Below, in pieces: positions 1-12,985 of a stretch of DNA of 64,000 nt. The DNA is from the human T2T-CHM13v2.0 reference genome, Homo sapiens. Numbering within the stretch: the first letter of the stretch is position 1; each line of letters opens with the position of its first letter. A program made the translations under genes and the position numbers. A model generated the notes under the pieces. That model had not been told where the DNA came from. It did no database searches and saw nothing but the letters and a program-made list of their open reading frames with translations. The stretch lies in the NCBI RefSeq assembly GCF_009914755.1, contig NC_060936.1. The stretch is one strand, 5' to 3'.

Positions 1-499
1 AAGATTACATTACTCCGTGGCAAAAAAAAGGGCACAGACAGTGTTTTTACTATGCTAATGTTGATGAAAATGCAACTGGAATATGATAGTTATAAAAGTT
101 TGAATATGAAATAAAACCCTCCAGAAATGGGTTCCCTGGTTGTCTCTGGGTCTTTGGAAATTACTGAGACATGGTTAGATCCCATGTTTCATTACTTAAA
201 CTAGTCTTATGCCAAAAACCTGCTTACTTTAATCTTCAATATCCGATGGAGAGGAATTGTGGGCCCATTGGAGAGGGACAGAGGGAGATTTATCATTCAC
301 TATATTCTCTTTGTTCTGTCTGGAGTTTTTACCATTGACACATCTTACCCAGTTAAAAAAACATAGAATTGTCATTTGATTAATTGGAGGGTATAACCAT
401 GATTTCACTGGCAGCTGGTCTGAGTAAAGAACACTTTGGGTCATAGCTTTCAAACATTTTTCAGGTAGTATTTGCCTAAGTGACATATTTGTGTGTGAG

Positions 500-872
500 C
501 TCATCCTACCGGGCTTCGGGATAATTTCCCATATCATAACATATTACTCTGGAAAAAGGAACCATTTGGGTATATGGGTATAGTGTAAGCCATAGTATCA
601 GTTGCCTTCTTGGGGTTTATCATATGGGTCCACCACATATTTACAGTAGGAATAGATGTAGATACATGAGCATACTTCACTCTGCTACTATAATTATTGC
701 TATTCCTACTGTTGTCAAAGTCTTTTAGCTGATTATCTACACTTCACAGGGGTAATATCAAATGATCCCCCACCATGCTCTGAGCCCCAGGGTTTATTTT
801 CCTTTTTACAGTAGGAGGCCTAACCAGCATTGTATTAGCCAACTCATCACTGGATATTGTACTACATGATAC
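500..872 (+). pseudogene. NUMT: decayed mitochondrial COX1 (MT-CO1) fragment, about codons 246-370
   Basis: Translates (mito code, with frameshifts) to [100 protein letters not shown]. CuB His-His at 631-636; indels, a TAA stop and CGA>TGA CpG decay are present. Confidence 0.96.
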
Positions 873-1094
873 AGCAGTATCATGTAGTAATATTTGAAGT
901 CATTACAGTAGTAATATTTGAAGAAATCTTCCTGGCTGTATGTAGAACAATGAGGACTCAGCCAACTTATTCTTCATAGTAGAGCTAATACATAATGTAA
1001 TGAAGTTGTGAGAAGAATGTTAACTTTGAAATTCCATCAGGTTTCCCAATAGTCATAATGAATCACTCAGCAAACTTTATAAAAATAACAAGAT

Positions 1095-1300
1095 CCTTTA
1101 TTTAGCAGTTTATGTGTTCTATGCATTGTGCTAAACATTTTATATGCATCATTTCAATTACTCTTTTTCATCACCATATACTGTATTTATTATCATCTTC
1201 ATTTTCCAGGTGAGGACACTGACACCCAGGGAGCTCATATAACTCACAAATGGCATTTCTATGACTTGAACACAGGCCTGTCTGGCTTCAAAGCCTAGGC
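1095..1300 (-). mobile_element. MIR SINE remnant
   Basis: ttattatcatcttcattttccaggtgaggacactga resembles the reverse MIR core; ends approximate. Confidence 0.6.
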
Positions 1301-1561
1301 CTTTTCCTGAATAAAGTTAGTTCCATAGAGATTCAGTTTTGCTGTCTACATGAAAGCATTGTGTACATGGTTATGTTTTTTTAAAAAATATATGATCTGC
1401 CACCTGTTAATTATTCAGGATCACTAGTGTAAGGTGACTTTGAAAGGAAAAATAGAAATATTCTCTAGAAGCATAGCAATACGTAAGAACTTTGGTCCTA
1501 TGTATGTTTATTTTTGCATAATTGTTGATTTCTAAGTTGCTGGTGTATCTCTTATTTTCAG

Positions 1562-1750
1562 ATATAGCATCTACACTAGCAAGAATGGTGATCAGATATC
1601 AGATGAAAAGTGCTGTGGAAGAAGGAACAGCCTCAGGCAGCGATGGAAATTTTTCTGAAGATGTGCTGTCTAAATTTGATGAATGGACCTTTATTCCTGA
1701 CTCTTCTATGGACAGTGTGTTTGCTCAAAGTGATGACCTGGATAGTGAAG
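1562..1750 (+). CDS. LRRK2: LRRK2 exon 20 (189 nt, aa ~834-897)
   Basis: ttttcag|ATATAG...GAAG|gtattt; DIASTLARMVIRYQMKSAVEEG...DDLDSE. Confidence 0.97.
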
Positions 1751-2439
1751 GTATTTATTATAAAAAAAAACCCTTTATGCTTTATATTTACACACTGACA
1801 TTGAACAATAGGACCCAAGACAAAAACCTGACCTAAATCATCTGGAAAAACTTGAGTAGAAATGTGTTTATTATCGCAAACAGTTAAGTTTACTGATTTT
1901 GGTTAAAGTGATGGGTCAAGGAAGTGTGTCTCTGTGCTTCTAAATGTTATACTAATTGGTTAATGGTTAATATTCCAGGAAACAAACTCTGACTAGACTG
2001 GAACGAGATTCCACGCTCTGTCATTGACTAGATCCTTTCGTGGCTTGTGTAAGCCCCTTAACCTTGTTAAAGGTAGTAATGTCGACTTTGCAGGGTTATA
2101 CATAATAATTAGAAAAAATGTATGTAAAATGTCTGCAACAATGCTTGGCAAACAGGAAGCGCTTAATAAAAAAGGTTTTTATCTTTACTATAGCTTAAAA
2201 CAATATTAATATTTTAATAGCTCACTTGAGATAACTTTTTAAAAAATTAATATGGTGAAATATATAATGACAATGATTAGGGCTGATGTATTTAGCATTA
2301 GCAGTTTGGTAAAAATGGAGTGAGGGGCTTTCTTATTAATATAGTATGATTGAAAACACTGGGTGATAGAATAAGGATATTTGAGAGGGCAAAAAATGAG
2401 AGTTGTTCCAAAATATTGTGTCTCAAGTCAAACCATTTT

Positions 2440-5400
2440 TAAAAATCAAGTGTAGTGATTTATATACATATATAATTTATATAAAATAAAATGCATTCAC
2501 TTTAAGTATATATTTTCATGCGCTTTGAAAATTAACATATTCATGTGGTCATTGTCGCTATTAAGTTATGCAATATTTTCATTATCCAAAAAAGTTTCTT
2601 CATGCCTCTTCACTGAAAACATCCCCTTCCCCTGGCCCCCCTGACCCTTAGCAATCATTTGCTTCCTGACAATGTAGATTAATGTTTTCTCTAGTTTTAT
2701 ATACATAGGATCATACAGTGAGTACTCTTTTGTGTCTGTTTTCCAAAATGATTGTACTATGTTCTACCCCCACCAGCAGTACATGAGCATTCTGGTTGCT
2801 CTACATCCTTGTCAGTACTTGGTATTTTCAAGTTACTTTTAGCTGTTCTAGTGGAGGTTTAATTCATTTAGATGTAATTTTCATTTCCCTGATGACTAAT
2901 TATGTAGAGGATGTTTTCATGTTCTTATTGGCCATTCTTATTTTTGTGTGAAGTGTTGAAGTATTTTGCTTTTAATTGGGTTGTCTTATTATATAAGAGT
3001 TCTTTGTATATTCTAGATAGAAGTTGTGACAGGTATATGTATTGCATATTTTTTTCCCAGTCATAGCTTGTCTTTTCATTTTACTAATTCTATTTTTAAC
3101 AAAACAGAGGTTTTAAATCTTGGTGAAATGCAGTTTTCCAGTTTTTTTCTTTTATGGTTTGTGCTTTTTGTATCCCACTTAAGAAACCTTTTCTTAGCCT
3201 AAATTTGTGAATATTTTCTCCCATATTTTCTCTTAGAAGTGTTAAAATCTCAGCTTTGGCATTTAGGTCTAAAACATTTTAAGTTGATTTTTGTGTGTGG
3301 TGTGTCAATGAAGAGTTGACATTTATTTCTTTCTGTATGGATATCCAGTTGTTCCAACATTACTTGTTGAAAATATTATATAATTCCTCATTGAATTAAT
3401 GGAAGCTTTGTTCTCTTTAATTGACTATTTAGGTATGGTTCTATTTTAGCATTATTTATTCTGTGCCACTGATTTATACCTTATTCTTATGCCAATACCA
3501 CACTGTCTTGATTACTCTAGCTTAATAGCAGTTCTTGAAATCAGATAGTGTAAGTCCTCTGGTGTTCTTTTAAAAAAAATTGTTCTTATTATTCTAGGTT
3601 CTTTGCATTTCCATATAAATTTTTAATCAACTAACTTTATGCTGGGATTTTTATTGTAATTAAGTCCATATTTAGATTTTATATAGAATTTATTTATAAA
3701 TTAAATCATATTACCTATGATTTTAATGTAATCTATAATATATAATTAATACATAAATAATAATTTATATAGATTATATCTATAAATTAATTTGAGGGAA
3801 CTAATATATTAATAATGAGTCTTTTGACATATTAATGTGATATATAGTTCAATTAGTCTTTTAAAATTTCTAACAGTGTGTTGTATTGGATGTTTTCTGA
3901 TACTATTATAGATGGTATTGTATTTGAATTCTAATTTCCAGTAGTTCACTGTTGATATATAGAAACATAATTCATTTATTTGTACATGAATTTTGTATCC
4001 TGTAAACTTACTAAGCTCACTTACGTGTTCCAGTACCTTATTATAGATTCTACAGGATTTTCTTTGTTCACAATTATACCATTTGGTAATAAAGACAGAT
4101 TTGCTTTTTCTTTTCTAATATTTATGTCTTCTTTTTTTTTCTTGTCCTATTGCACTGGCTAGGACCTCCAGTACTATGTTGAATAGAATTGGTCAGACTG
4201 GGCATCATTCCCTGGTTTCCAAACTTAGAGGAAAAACATACAGTCTCTAATCACTAATTATGACATTATCTGTAGTTTTTCATAGATGCCCTTCATCAAA
4301 TTGAAGAAGCTTCTTCCTAGTCATTTTTGGAGAGCCTTTTTTTATCATTAATAGGTGTTGAAAAATGCTCTTCAGCATCTGCTGAGGTATTCATATTTTT
4401 CACCTTTATTTTGTTAATATGGTCAAATACACTGACTGATTTTCTAATGTTAAACCAACTTGCATTCCTGGAGTAAATCTCACTTGGTTATGGTACATTA
4501 TCCTTTTTATATAGTATTAAATTTTGTTTTCTAAATTTTGTTAAGAATTTTGCATCTGTGAGAGATATTAGTCTGTAGTTTTATACTTCCTTGTAATTAT
4601 GGGAGTAATGCTGGCCTCTTGAAATGAATTGGGAAGTGTTTCCCATTCCACAATTTTCTGGAAGAATTTGTGTAAAGGTATTTTCTTCTTAAATGTCTGA
4701 TAGACTTCACCAGCAAAGGCCATCTAGGTTTTAAATTTTTGTGAGGAGGAGATTTAGAATTATGAATTTAATAACTTTGATAGATGTATGATTATTTTAA
4801 TTTTCTTTTACTTCTTAAGTCAGTTTTAGTAATGTGTAACTTTCAAGGAATATGCCCATTTCATATAAGTTGCCAAATTTATTTGTTTAATGTTACTTAT
4901 AGCAATTATTTAATTATCCTGTTAGTGATTTAATTATCCTGTTAATCTCTTCAAAGAATCAGATTTTTGTTATATTGATTTTCTCTATTGTTTGTGTTAC
5001 TTTCTCACGGACTTTTGTTCTTATCTTTATTGTTCCCTTTTCCTTACTTATTTTTATTTTAATTGACTCTTTTTATAGATTCTTAATTTGGAAGCTTAGA
5101 ACACTGGTTTTTAGAACCTTCTTATTTTGTAACAGAAACATTTATTTAAGGCTGTATATGTCCTTATAAATATCACTTTCACTGCATCCCAATATTTTGA
5201 TGTGTCCTCTTTCTATTCATTTAAAAAAATTTAATTTCCCAAATGTCCAACAATGATAGACTGGATTAAGAAAATGTGGCACATGTACACCATGGAATAC
5301 TATGCAGCCATAAAAAATGATGAGTTCATGTCCTTTGTAGGGACATGGATGAAGCTGGAAACCATCGTTCTCAGCAAACTATTGCAAGGACAAAAAACCA

Positions 5401-6600
5401 AACACCGCATGTTCTCACTCATAGGTGGGAATTGAACAATGAGAACACTTGGACACAGGAAGGGGAACATCACACACCAGGGCCTGTTGTGGGGTGGGGG
5501 GAAGGGGGAGGGATAGCATTAGGAGATACACCTAATGTAAATGAGGAGTTAATGGGTGCAGCACACCAACATGGCACATGTATACATATGTAACAAACCT
5601 GCATGTTGTGCATGTGTACCCTAGAACTTAAAGTATAATAAAATATATATATATATATATAAATTTAATTTCCTTTGTGACTTCTTTGATTCATGAGTTA
5701 TTTAGAAGGCTGTCATTTATTTTCCAAATATTTGGAGATTTTCTGGATAACTTTCTGGTTATTGGTTTCAGTTTGACTTTTTTGTGCTCAGATAACCTAC
5801 TCTGATGATTTCTATCCTTTTATATTTATTGAAACATGCTTTATGGATTATCATATGGTCTGTCTTGGTGATGTGCCATGTGCAACTGAAAAGAAAGTAT
5901 ATTCAGCTGTTATTGGGTCAAATCAATAGGCCAAATTGTTTGGTAGGATTTCTCAAGTTTTCTGTGACTTCACTGACTTTTCTTTCTATTTATTGTATTT
6001 GATAGAGAAATATTGAAGTTGTAATTGAGGATTTGTTGGTTGCCTTTTCAGTTTTATCTGTTTATGCTTTGTATATTTTGAAGCTCTGTTGTTTGTTGTG
6101 CAAACATTAAGGACTATATAACAAAGGACTATATATAAAAATAATTTTTTAAATAAAGTAACCACTTTATATTAATCTAAGTTTGCAGTTAGTATCATTT
6201 TCTTCCTCTGGAAGAATTCCCTTTTACATTTCTAGCGCAGATCTTCCAGAAACCCATATGCAGATTACTGGAGCACTTTTTCCATAACTGCCCCAGAACT
6301 CCCAGCTATCTCAGTCTCCATAAATGTTGATCTCTATCTCCTCATCTCAGGAAAGCCATGAGACTGTTTAAATTTCTTCTTATGTATATGGCCCTTAATT
6401 TGTCTCTAAGCAGAAGGCCAGAGTGATCATAGGGCTCACATAATTTGTTTCCCTTCTTTCGGGTATTACATAGTCCTATGCTGTCTGTTGCCCAGTGTCT
6501 GTATCCAGTCATTTAATATATTTATCCAGTTTTCTTGTTGTTTATGTGAGTAGGTTAAGTTCACATTTGTTACTCTATCATGCCTGAAAGAACTCTCTTC
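2440..6600 (-). mobile_element. Old antisense L1 (L1M-class), interrupted by a younger L1PA
   Basis: Long T-rich run with reverse L1 ORF2/3'UTR phrases (tggatatccagttgttccaacattacttgttgaa; ggacctccagtactatgttgaatagaa; tttccctgatgactaat). Ends approximate. Confidence 0.8.
5240..5660 (+). mobile_element. 5'-truncated primate L1 (L1PA4-6-like) 3' end, sense orientation
   Basis: ORF 5253-5435 is the L1 ORF2 C-terminus (...KHRMFSLIGGN); G-rich 3'UTR; AATAAA 5637-5642; TSD AAATTTAATTTCC at 5227-5239 and 5661-5673. Confidence 0.95.
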
Positions 6601-7755
6601 AAGTATTTTTCAAGAAAACATTAGAAATTTTAACATAAAATAATTATAAAATGCACTATGCTGCTTGTACAAATAATGTGCTAATAGACATTTCACACAC
6701 ATATAAAGTGGGATAATTATGATAATTTAATAATCTTTATAATTATGTAATTGTTACTAAATTATAAATTATATTTTATTAAAATTCTTAAGCATTAAAA
6801 TAATTTAAACTATAGAATTAATTAAACTTTAGCAATGAACCAGGCAGGAACTGTTTATATCAGGATTTATACTGAATATTATAAGGGTGGTATTTGGATA
6901 TACAGATTTTATAATTTGGTTTTGACATAAAATGAATTCTTTCTTTTTCTAAGATAAAGAGTAGGGGAATTTAAAATCATAATTAATTTTTCACAAATGC
7001 ATTCACATTATTTATCTTTAATATGATTTTTTTATTGATCTTTGTTTTCTTGTAAATTTATTATTTTGAAAGTACTGCCTTTTCCTTATTTTATAAAACA
7101 ATTATTGCCAGCCAAATTTATTGTGTTTATTTTAATACCATTCCATAAAAGAAACCATGAAACATGAAATTCAAATAGAAATTTATTAAAAATTGCTGAC
7201 TGTTAAATAATTTGTGTGATTACAACATTTAAAGCAAGATTTGAAAAATTTATAAGAAAAATTCAGGGAGTTAATCCACTCTCTTTCCTATGCTGCTAGA
7301 CCCTATTCCAGCGGTCTCCATAAAAAAAATTCAGAGAAACAGAAAGCAGTAACAGTGATCAGATTGCATACAAACTTTCTGCACACACATATATTTGTTA
7401 TAACTTATGTAACCGTTGATTGATTTGGCTTTTTCCTGCTGGACTATGAGCTCCTCTGAGGAATAGATTTATTTTTTTTCTGCATATCAGTATCCCGTGC
7501 TTACCCAGTGTCTAGTCTGTAACAGCCATTCTATAAATATTTATGGGTGAAGAAAAATGTTGTTGAATTTTTAAAGTGAAAAACCAACATGGCTTATCAT
7601 CTCTATTTTAAAGATTTTACAAAGGGAATGGACTGTGAAATTTCCATTAATAAAAATAGGTCTAATCTTCCATGATTGAACTATGATAGAAGGATCTTAT
7701 GATTGAGTAAGCTTTTTGTATTCACCTTCATGTTATTTTATCATTTTCAAAATAG

Positions 7756-7874
7756 GAAGTGAAGGCTCATTTCTTGTGAAAAAGAAATCTAATTCAATTA
7801 GTGTAGGAGAATTTTACCGAGATGCCGTATTACAGCGTTGCTCACCAAATTTGCAAAGACATTCCAATTCCTTG
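7756..7874 (+). CDS. LRRK2: LRRK2 exon 21 (119 nt); contains S910 and S935 14-3-3 phosphosites
   Basis: aatag|GAAGT...TTG|gtaagt; GSEGSFLVKKKSNSISVGEFYRDAVLQRCSPNLQRHSNSL. Not in the ORF track; translated by hand. Confidence 0.97.
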
Positions 7875-8328
7875 GTAAGTTAAATTGTGCAATTGTGATT
7901 ATGTTGTGTTTTGCTGCTGACATTCTCTTGATAACTAAAATTTATGCCAAAGCTAGGAACAATTGGTAGGGATTTCCCTGATGTATGAAAACTATAATTT
8001 TGAGATTTTTATATATGTAATAGATATGAAAACATATTAGATGTAAATTATGCTCAATTCACATTTGTAGTCTTTTGAGTATGCAGGGTATGAATTTTTT
8101 GGGGCACATATATATATATATATATACTTACAGTACACTTCAAGATGGTTTTCTTCTTTCTTTTCAGAACTCCATGTCTGAAAAGAGCCCAGGCTAGACC
8201 TCTACCTAATGGTGTGGGTTGGTCCCATGAACACTTTAGCTAGAAATCTGATAGTGATTTCTAAGAAACCAGACAGAAGTCTGAAGGACACTGAACAAGA
8301 TGGAGTAGCATAATATAATTCATTGTTC

Positions 8329-8343
8329 ATCTATCTATCTATC

Positions 8344-8386
<43 letters not shown>

Positions 8387-8411
8387 ATCTATCTATCAAT
8401 CATCTATCTAT
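8329..8411. repeat. Compound (TCTA)n / (GATA)n tetranucleotide STR
   Basis: About 20 ATCT units with TCA interruptions, read directly. Confidence 0.95.
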
Positions 8412-9051
8412 TTTGGTGTATTGAAAGTCATTTAATTTTTTAGATACCTTTATTATTATTTCAACCTCTTGTCTGTTTTGGAACTATGGAAGGACTATGG
8501 CATATTTGCATGAGGAGTCTGATAATTCTAGTTGAGGAAATTGGGAGCCACCTTATTCTCAGGTTCACTTTGAAAGACCTGTTCTAACCTATTCTCCAAT
8601 TTTGATTATAGCTGAGTACTAAAAATATGAGGGTTGTTTTGTGTTAATTCTAGATCTTAAGATGGGTGAAATGAATGACTGTAGTTGAATCGGTTAAATT
8701 AGCTGTCAGTCTTTATATGCTCTTTCGAATTTATATATAAATTTAGTTATAAAAAGTAGTTTGGTTAATGAGAAATTATATGGATATAGCTTTTTCACTC
8801 AACCTTTCTGTTTTTCAGTTTCCTTATATTTAAAACAAAGGAGAAAGAGTAGATGCTTTCTAAGGTCATTTGAGCACTGAACTGGAGTTTTCTTTTATCC
8901 TCATAATTGGGTTCTTAGTTTTTACTTGCCTATTTTTTCCCATAATTATAAATACCATTAACCCTATTAAAATTTCATGGTTCCTTCCTTATAAAAATGT
9001 CCTCTTCTCCAATAAATGACAGCAATTTTATTATAAATTATTTTTTAATAG

Positions 9052-9121
9052 GGGCCCATTTTTGATCATGAAGATTTACTGAAGCGAAAAAGAAAAATAC
9101 TATCTTCAGATGATTCACTCA
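9052..9121 (+). CDS. LRRK2: LRRK2 exon 22 (70 nt); S955
   Basis: taatag|GGGCCC...CTCA|gtaagt; GPIFDHEDLLKRKRKILSSDDSL. Confidence 0.97.
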
Positions 9122-9633
9122 GTAAGTATTTGGATGTAATCATAAGTAAATAGATATTTTGGGCAGAATGCAGTGTTTGGTTGAATTTCCTCCAATTATT
9201 CAAATATTCTTGGTGCCAGTTTCATCTTACATAATCTTCATATATATTTACCTAATGATTCCTTCCATAAGCTATAGAAAAATGAAACATACATTTAAAA
9301 ATTTACCTTTCTTGAATATTATAGAACACATTAGTCTTTTTTTTTACAAGTTTTCTGAAATGTAAATAACACCTCCACCAAGGCCACTCTTCATCCTCTC
9401 CTCCAGTTTTCTTTCTTTCTTTTTTTTTTCACACCACTTACACCACCTGATTAAATGCTTTTTATTTACTGTTCATCTCTGCCACTGGAATGTAAACTCC
9501 ATAGTTTGGTTTTCTACTGAATCTTCAGTGCCTTGAAGAAAGCCTGATTGCTAGGAGGTGCTCACTAAACTTTTACTACATGAATTTAAATTATTTGCTT
9601 ATATTTCCATTGTTTGTTTGTTTTTGACAAAAG

Positions 9634-9851
9634 GGTCATCAAAACTTCAATCCCATATGAGGCATTCAGACAGCATTTCTTCTCTGGCTTCTGAGAGAGA
9701 ATATATTACATCACTAGACCTTTCAGCAAATGAACTAAGAGATATTGATGCCCTAAGCCAGAAATGCTGTATAAGTGTTCATTTGGAGCATCTTGAAAAG
9801 CTGGAGCTTCACCAGAATGCACTCACGAGCTTTCCACAACAGCTATGTGAA
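9634..9851 (+). CDS. LRRK2: LRRK2 exon 23 (218 nt); S973, start of LRR
   Basis: caaaag|GGTCA...GAA|gtaaat; SSKLQSHMRHSDSISSLASERE...FPQQLCE. Confidence 0.96.
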
Positions 9852-10189
9852 GTAAATTTAATTTATCCTTGTAACTTTCAAGACATTTGAAGAGCTTTTG
9901 TATTTATATCTAATTTGCATAATTAAGTCGTTTAAAAGAACATTCTACTTTTGTGTCACTGGGTGATAAGTCCCCCGTGCCTCTGGTTTTTGCACACATA
10001 TCTTAGTCTGTGTGATGTTCAGGAGCATCTTTGAGGGCAGGCAATGGAAACAGATCTGATTAGAAAGGAATTCCAGGTTCTGTACGGAGTACATGTTAAA
10101 GTCTGTCAAGTGTATATTGATTATACTTTAATCATTTAATTCAAGTAAGACAACTTCAACAATTTAAATTAGATTAGGTAAACTAGAAT

Positions 10190-10300
10190 TAGACCTGGTT
10201 TGGTAGTACTGGCTCTGACTCAGCTACCAACTGTGTGACAATATGAACATGTCACTCCGCCTGCTCTAATCCTTCATTTTCTCATCTGTGAAATAGAGAT
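10190..10300 (+). mobile_element. MIR remnant
   Basis: ctgtgtgac...cttcattttctcatctgtgaaatagaga MIR core. Confidence 0.55.
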
Positions 10301-10556
10301 TCAACTAAATGATTACTGAAAGTTTTTTTTTCAGTTTAAAATAATGTGTAACTTAAAGATTTTTTTCTTTTTGGTCAAAGTTCCTGTCTTGTAAGAATTA
10401 AAGTATAACATAGTTTGTTGATAGGATAGCTCTCTGAAAATTGACTTTGCTCACCATTTGTATGTACTACAGATCAAAATAGTTTTGAAAGCCAAAGAAG
10501 ATATCATAAAAGTTAAAATTATTTTAATGCAAATGTTTAAATTGTTAAATTCTCAA

Positions 10557-11029
<473 letters not shown>

Positions 11030-12449
11030 CTAATGTCTAAAATGTGTCTTTCTCTCTTCTCCACTTCTTTGCCTTGCTAAATACTTCAAGCCACCCAGGG
11101 CTCAATTTAACTGTCACTTCATCACTCTCTGCTTCTCTTCCTTTTTCCTTCTACCCTCCAGCCAACCTACCCACCTAGCCTCCATGTCCATAACACCTGA
11201 TGCTTTCCACCTAATTCTCATTCGGTCATCCAATTTGATTTAAAATACCTTTGCCCCCACTAGACTGTGAACTCTTTGAGGACAGGACTTGTTTCAGGCT
11301 TGTTTCTGTCTATTCCCAGTGCCTAGTGAGATCTGACATATGGTAGAAGTTTAGTACTTACTGAATTGATTTGTGGAGGAATAAATGTCTGAAACTTGGT
11401 AATCCTTCAATTAATATTTGTTAAATGAGCAAGCAAAATAATTTTGGGATTTAGTCTAGTTAAAACAAAGAGAATTGGAAGAGACTGTGACAAGGTGAGA
11501 CATGCCGGCATTCAATGACTGGACAAGCTCAGAACCTTCTCTTAGGGAAATTTCAAAATGACACCATTAGATGGCACTTTGTTTGTTTGTTTGTTATTGT
11601 CAAAGGGTCTCATCTATGTTCCTTTTATAGGAACATTTCCTGATTAAACCTTGGGAATAATTTTAAAATCTTTACTTCAGAATAAGTTAATGAGGGTCTG
11701 AAACAAAAGCAGGAATTTTGAAACAACTTCTGGGGCTAAGAGTGGTTAATAAGCCTCTATAATGATATCAAACTCTAGAGTTTCTCGTGTGGATAAATAT
11801 ATTGATAAATAAAGAAGACCATAGAGAAGTGATTGATTTTGGTATTTTAGCTCTTTGAGAGTATTACGTACCTAAGTTTTAAAAAATTGACATAATGTGT
11901 AAGTAGGGGTTTGCTATTATCATTATAAAATTAGAAATTGCTTAAAAATAGAAAGTAGAAATTTGAAACAAAAAGTTTCGTAAAAAACAGGAGGTTCTAA
12001 AATGAAACACATTATAAGTAACTATTTTTATAGTTAAATCTTAAATATATCAAAATATGTAAAATTTCTGACAGCATTTAAAACATATTCCCAGGATTAT
12101 ATTGTACTTTTTGTTAAATCATTAATTCAAATATTTGTTGAGGCGTATTCTGCTTCCATTTTGCTCTTTCTGGAAATAATTTACAAAAAAGCTGAAGGAA
12201 GCTTTCAACTCTATTTTTGTGAACCTGCTTTTTACAATCTACCTGTTGTAATTTTCCTGGTTTTACCCATGCTACAAGCAGAGACGATTGGGCCAATTAG
12301 TATACTGAAATTCTGTTGTGGATTGTGTTTTCAACTTTTTGAAAATTCTTGATGGTTCTAGTTACCAGAGGTGTGTAAGGCAGAAATATTAGCTAGACTT
12401 AAGTTCCTCAGATGGTTCACTTTAGAATTTTAAACTATTGTCTTTTCAG

Positions 12450-12700
12450 ACTCTGAAGAGTTTGACACATTTGGACTTGCACAGTAATAAATTTACATCA
12501 TTTCCTTCTTATTTGTTGAAAATGAGTTGTATTGCTAATCTTGATGTCTCTCGAAATGACATTGGACCCTCAGTGGTTTTAGATCCTACAGTGAAATGTC
12601 CAACTCTGAAACAGTTTAACCTGTCATATAACCAGCTGTCTTTTGTACCTGAGAACCTCACTGATGTGGTAGAGAAACTGGAGCAGCTCATTTTAGAAGG
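12450..12700 (+). CDS. LRRK2: LRRK2 exon 24 (251 nt); LRR
   Basis: ttttcag|ACTCTG...GAAGG|gtaaga; TLKSLTHLDLHSNKF...LEQLILEG. Confidence 0.97.
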
Positions 12701-12790
12701 GTAAGAAAGAGCTCATTAAAAATAAAAGGGTTGCCTAAATATGCTGATGTTAACAAAATATGCTGACATTTTTATAGCAATGAGTTTTAA

Positions 12791-12985
12791 CAACATGGTG
12801 AAACTCCATCTCTACTAAAAATACAAAAATTAGCCCAGCGTGGTGGTGCGCACCTTATAATCCCAGCTACTCAGAGGCTGAGGCATGAGAATCGCTTGAA
12901 CCCAGGAGGCGGAGGTCGCAGTGAGCCGAGATCGTGCCATTGCACTCCAGCCTGGGTGACAGAGGCGAGACTCTGTCTCAAAGAA
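12791..12985 (+). mobile_element. 5'-truncated AluS; tail expanded into an AT-rich repeat
   Basis: caacatggtgaaactccatctctactaaaaatacaaaaattagc...gagactctgtctcaaa. Confidence 0.92.

Noticed and set aside
229-537. 102-aa minus-strand ORF
   Set aside because: It starts antisense within the NUMT edge and has no recognisable domain; probably chance.
4908-4944. Short slippage duplications (also ~12737-12770, 25076-25115, 39548-39577, 60690-60727)
   Set aside because: Ordinary local replication slippage with no further structure.
8148-8217. Strong polypyrimidine-CAG with a possible 44-nt cryptic exon
   Set aside because: The donor is weak (gtgtgg), and such acceptors are abundant in T-rich introns.
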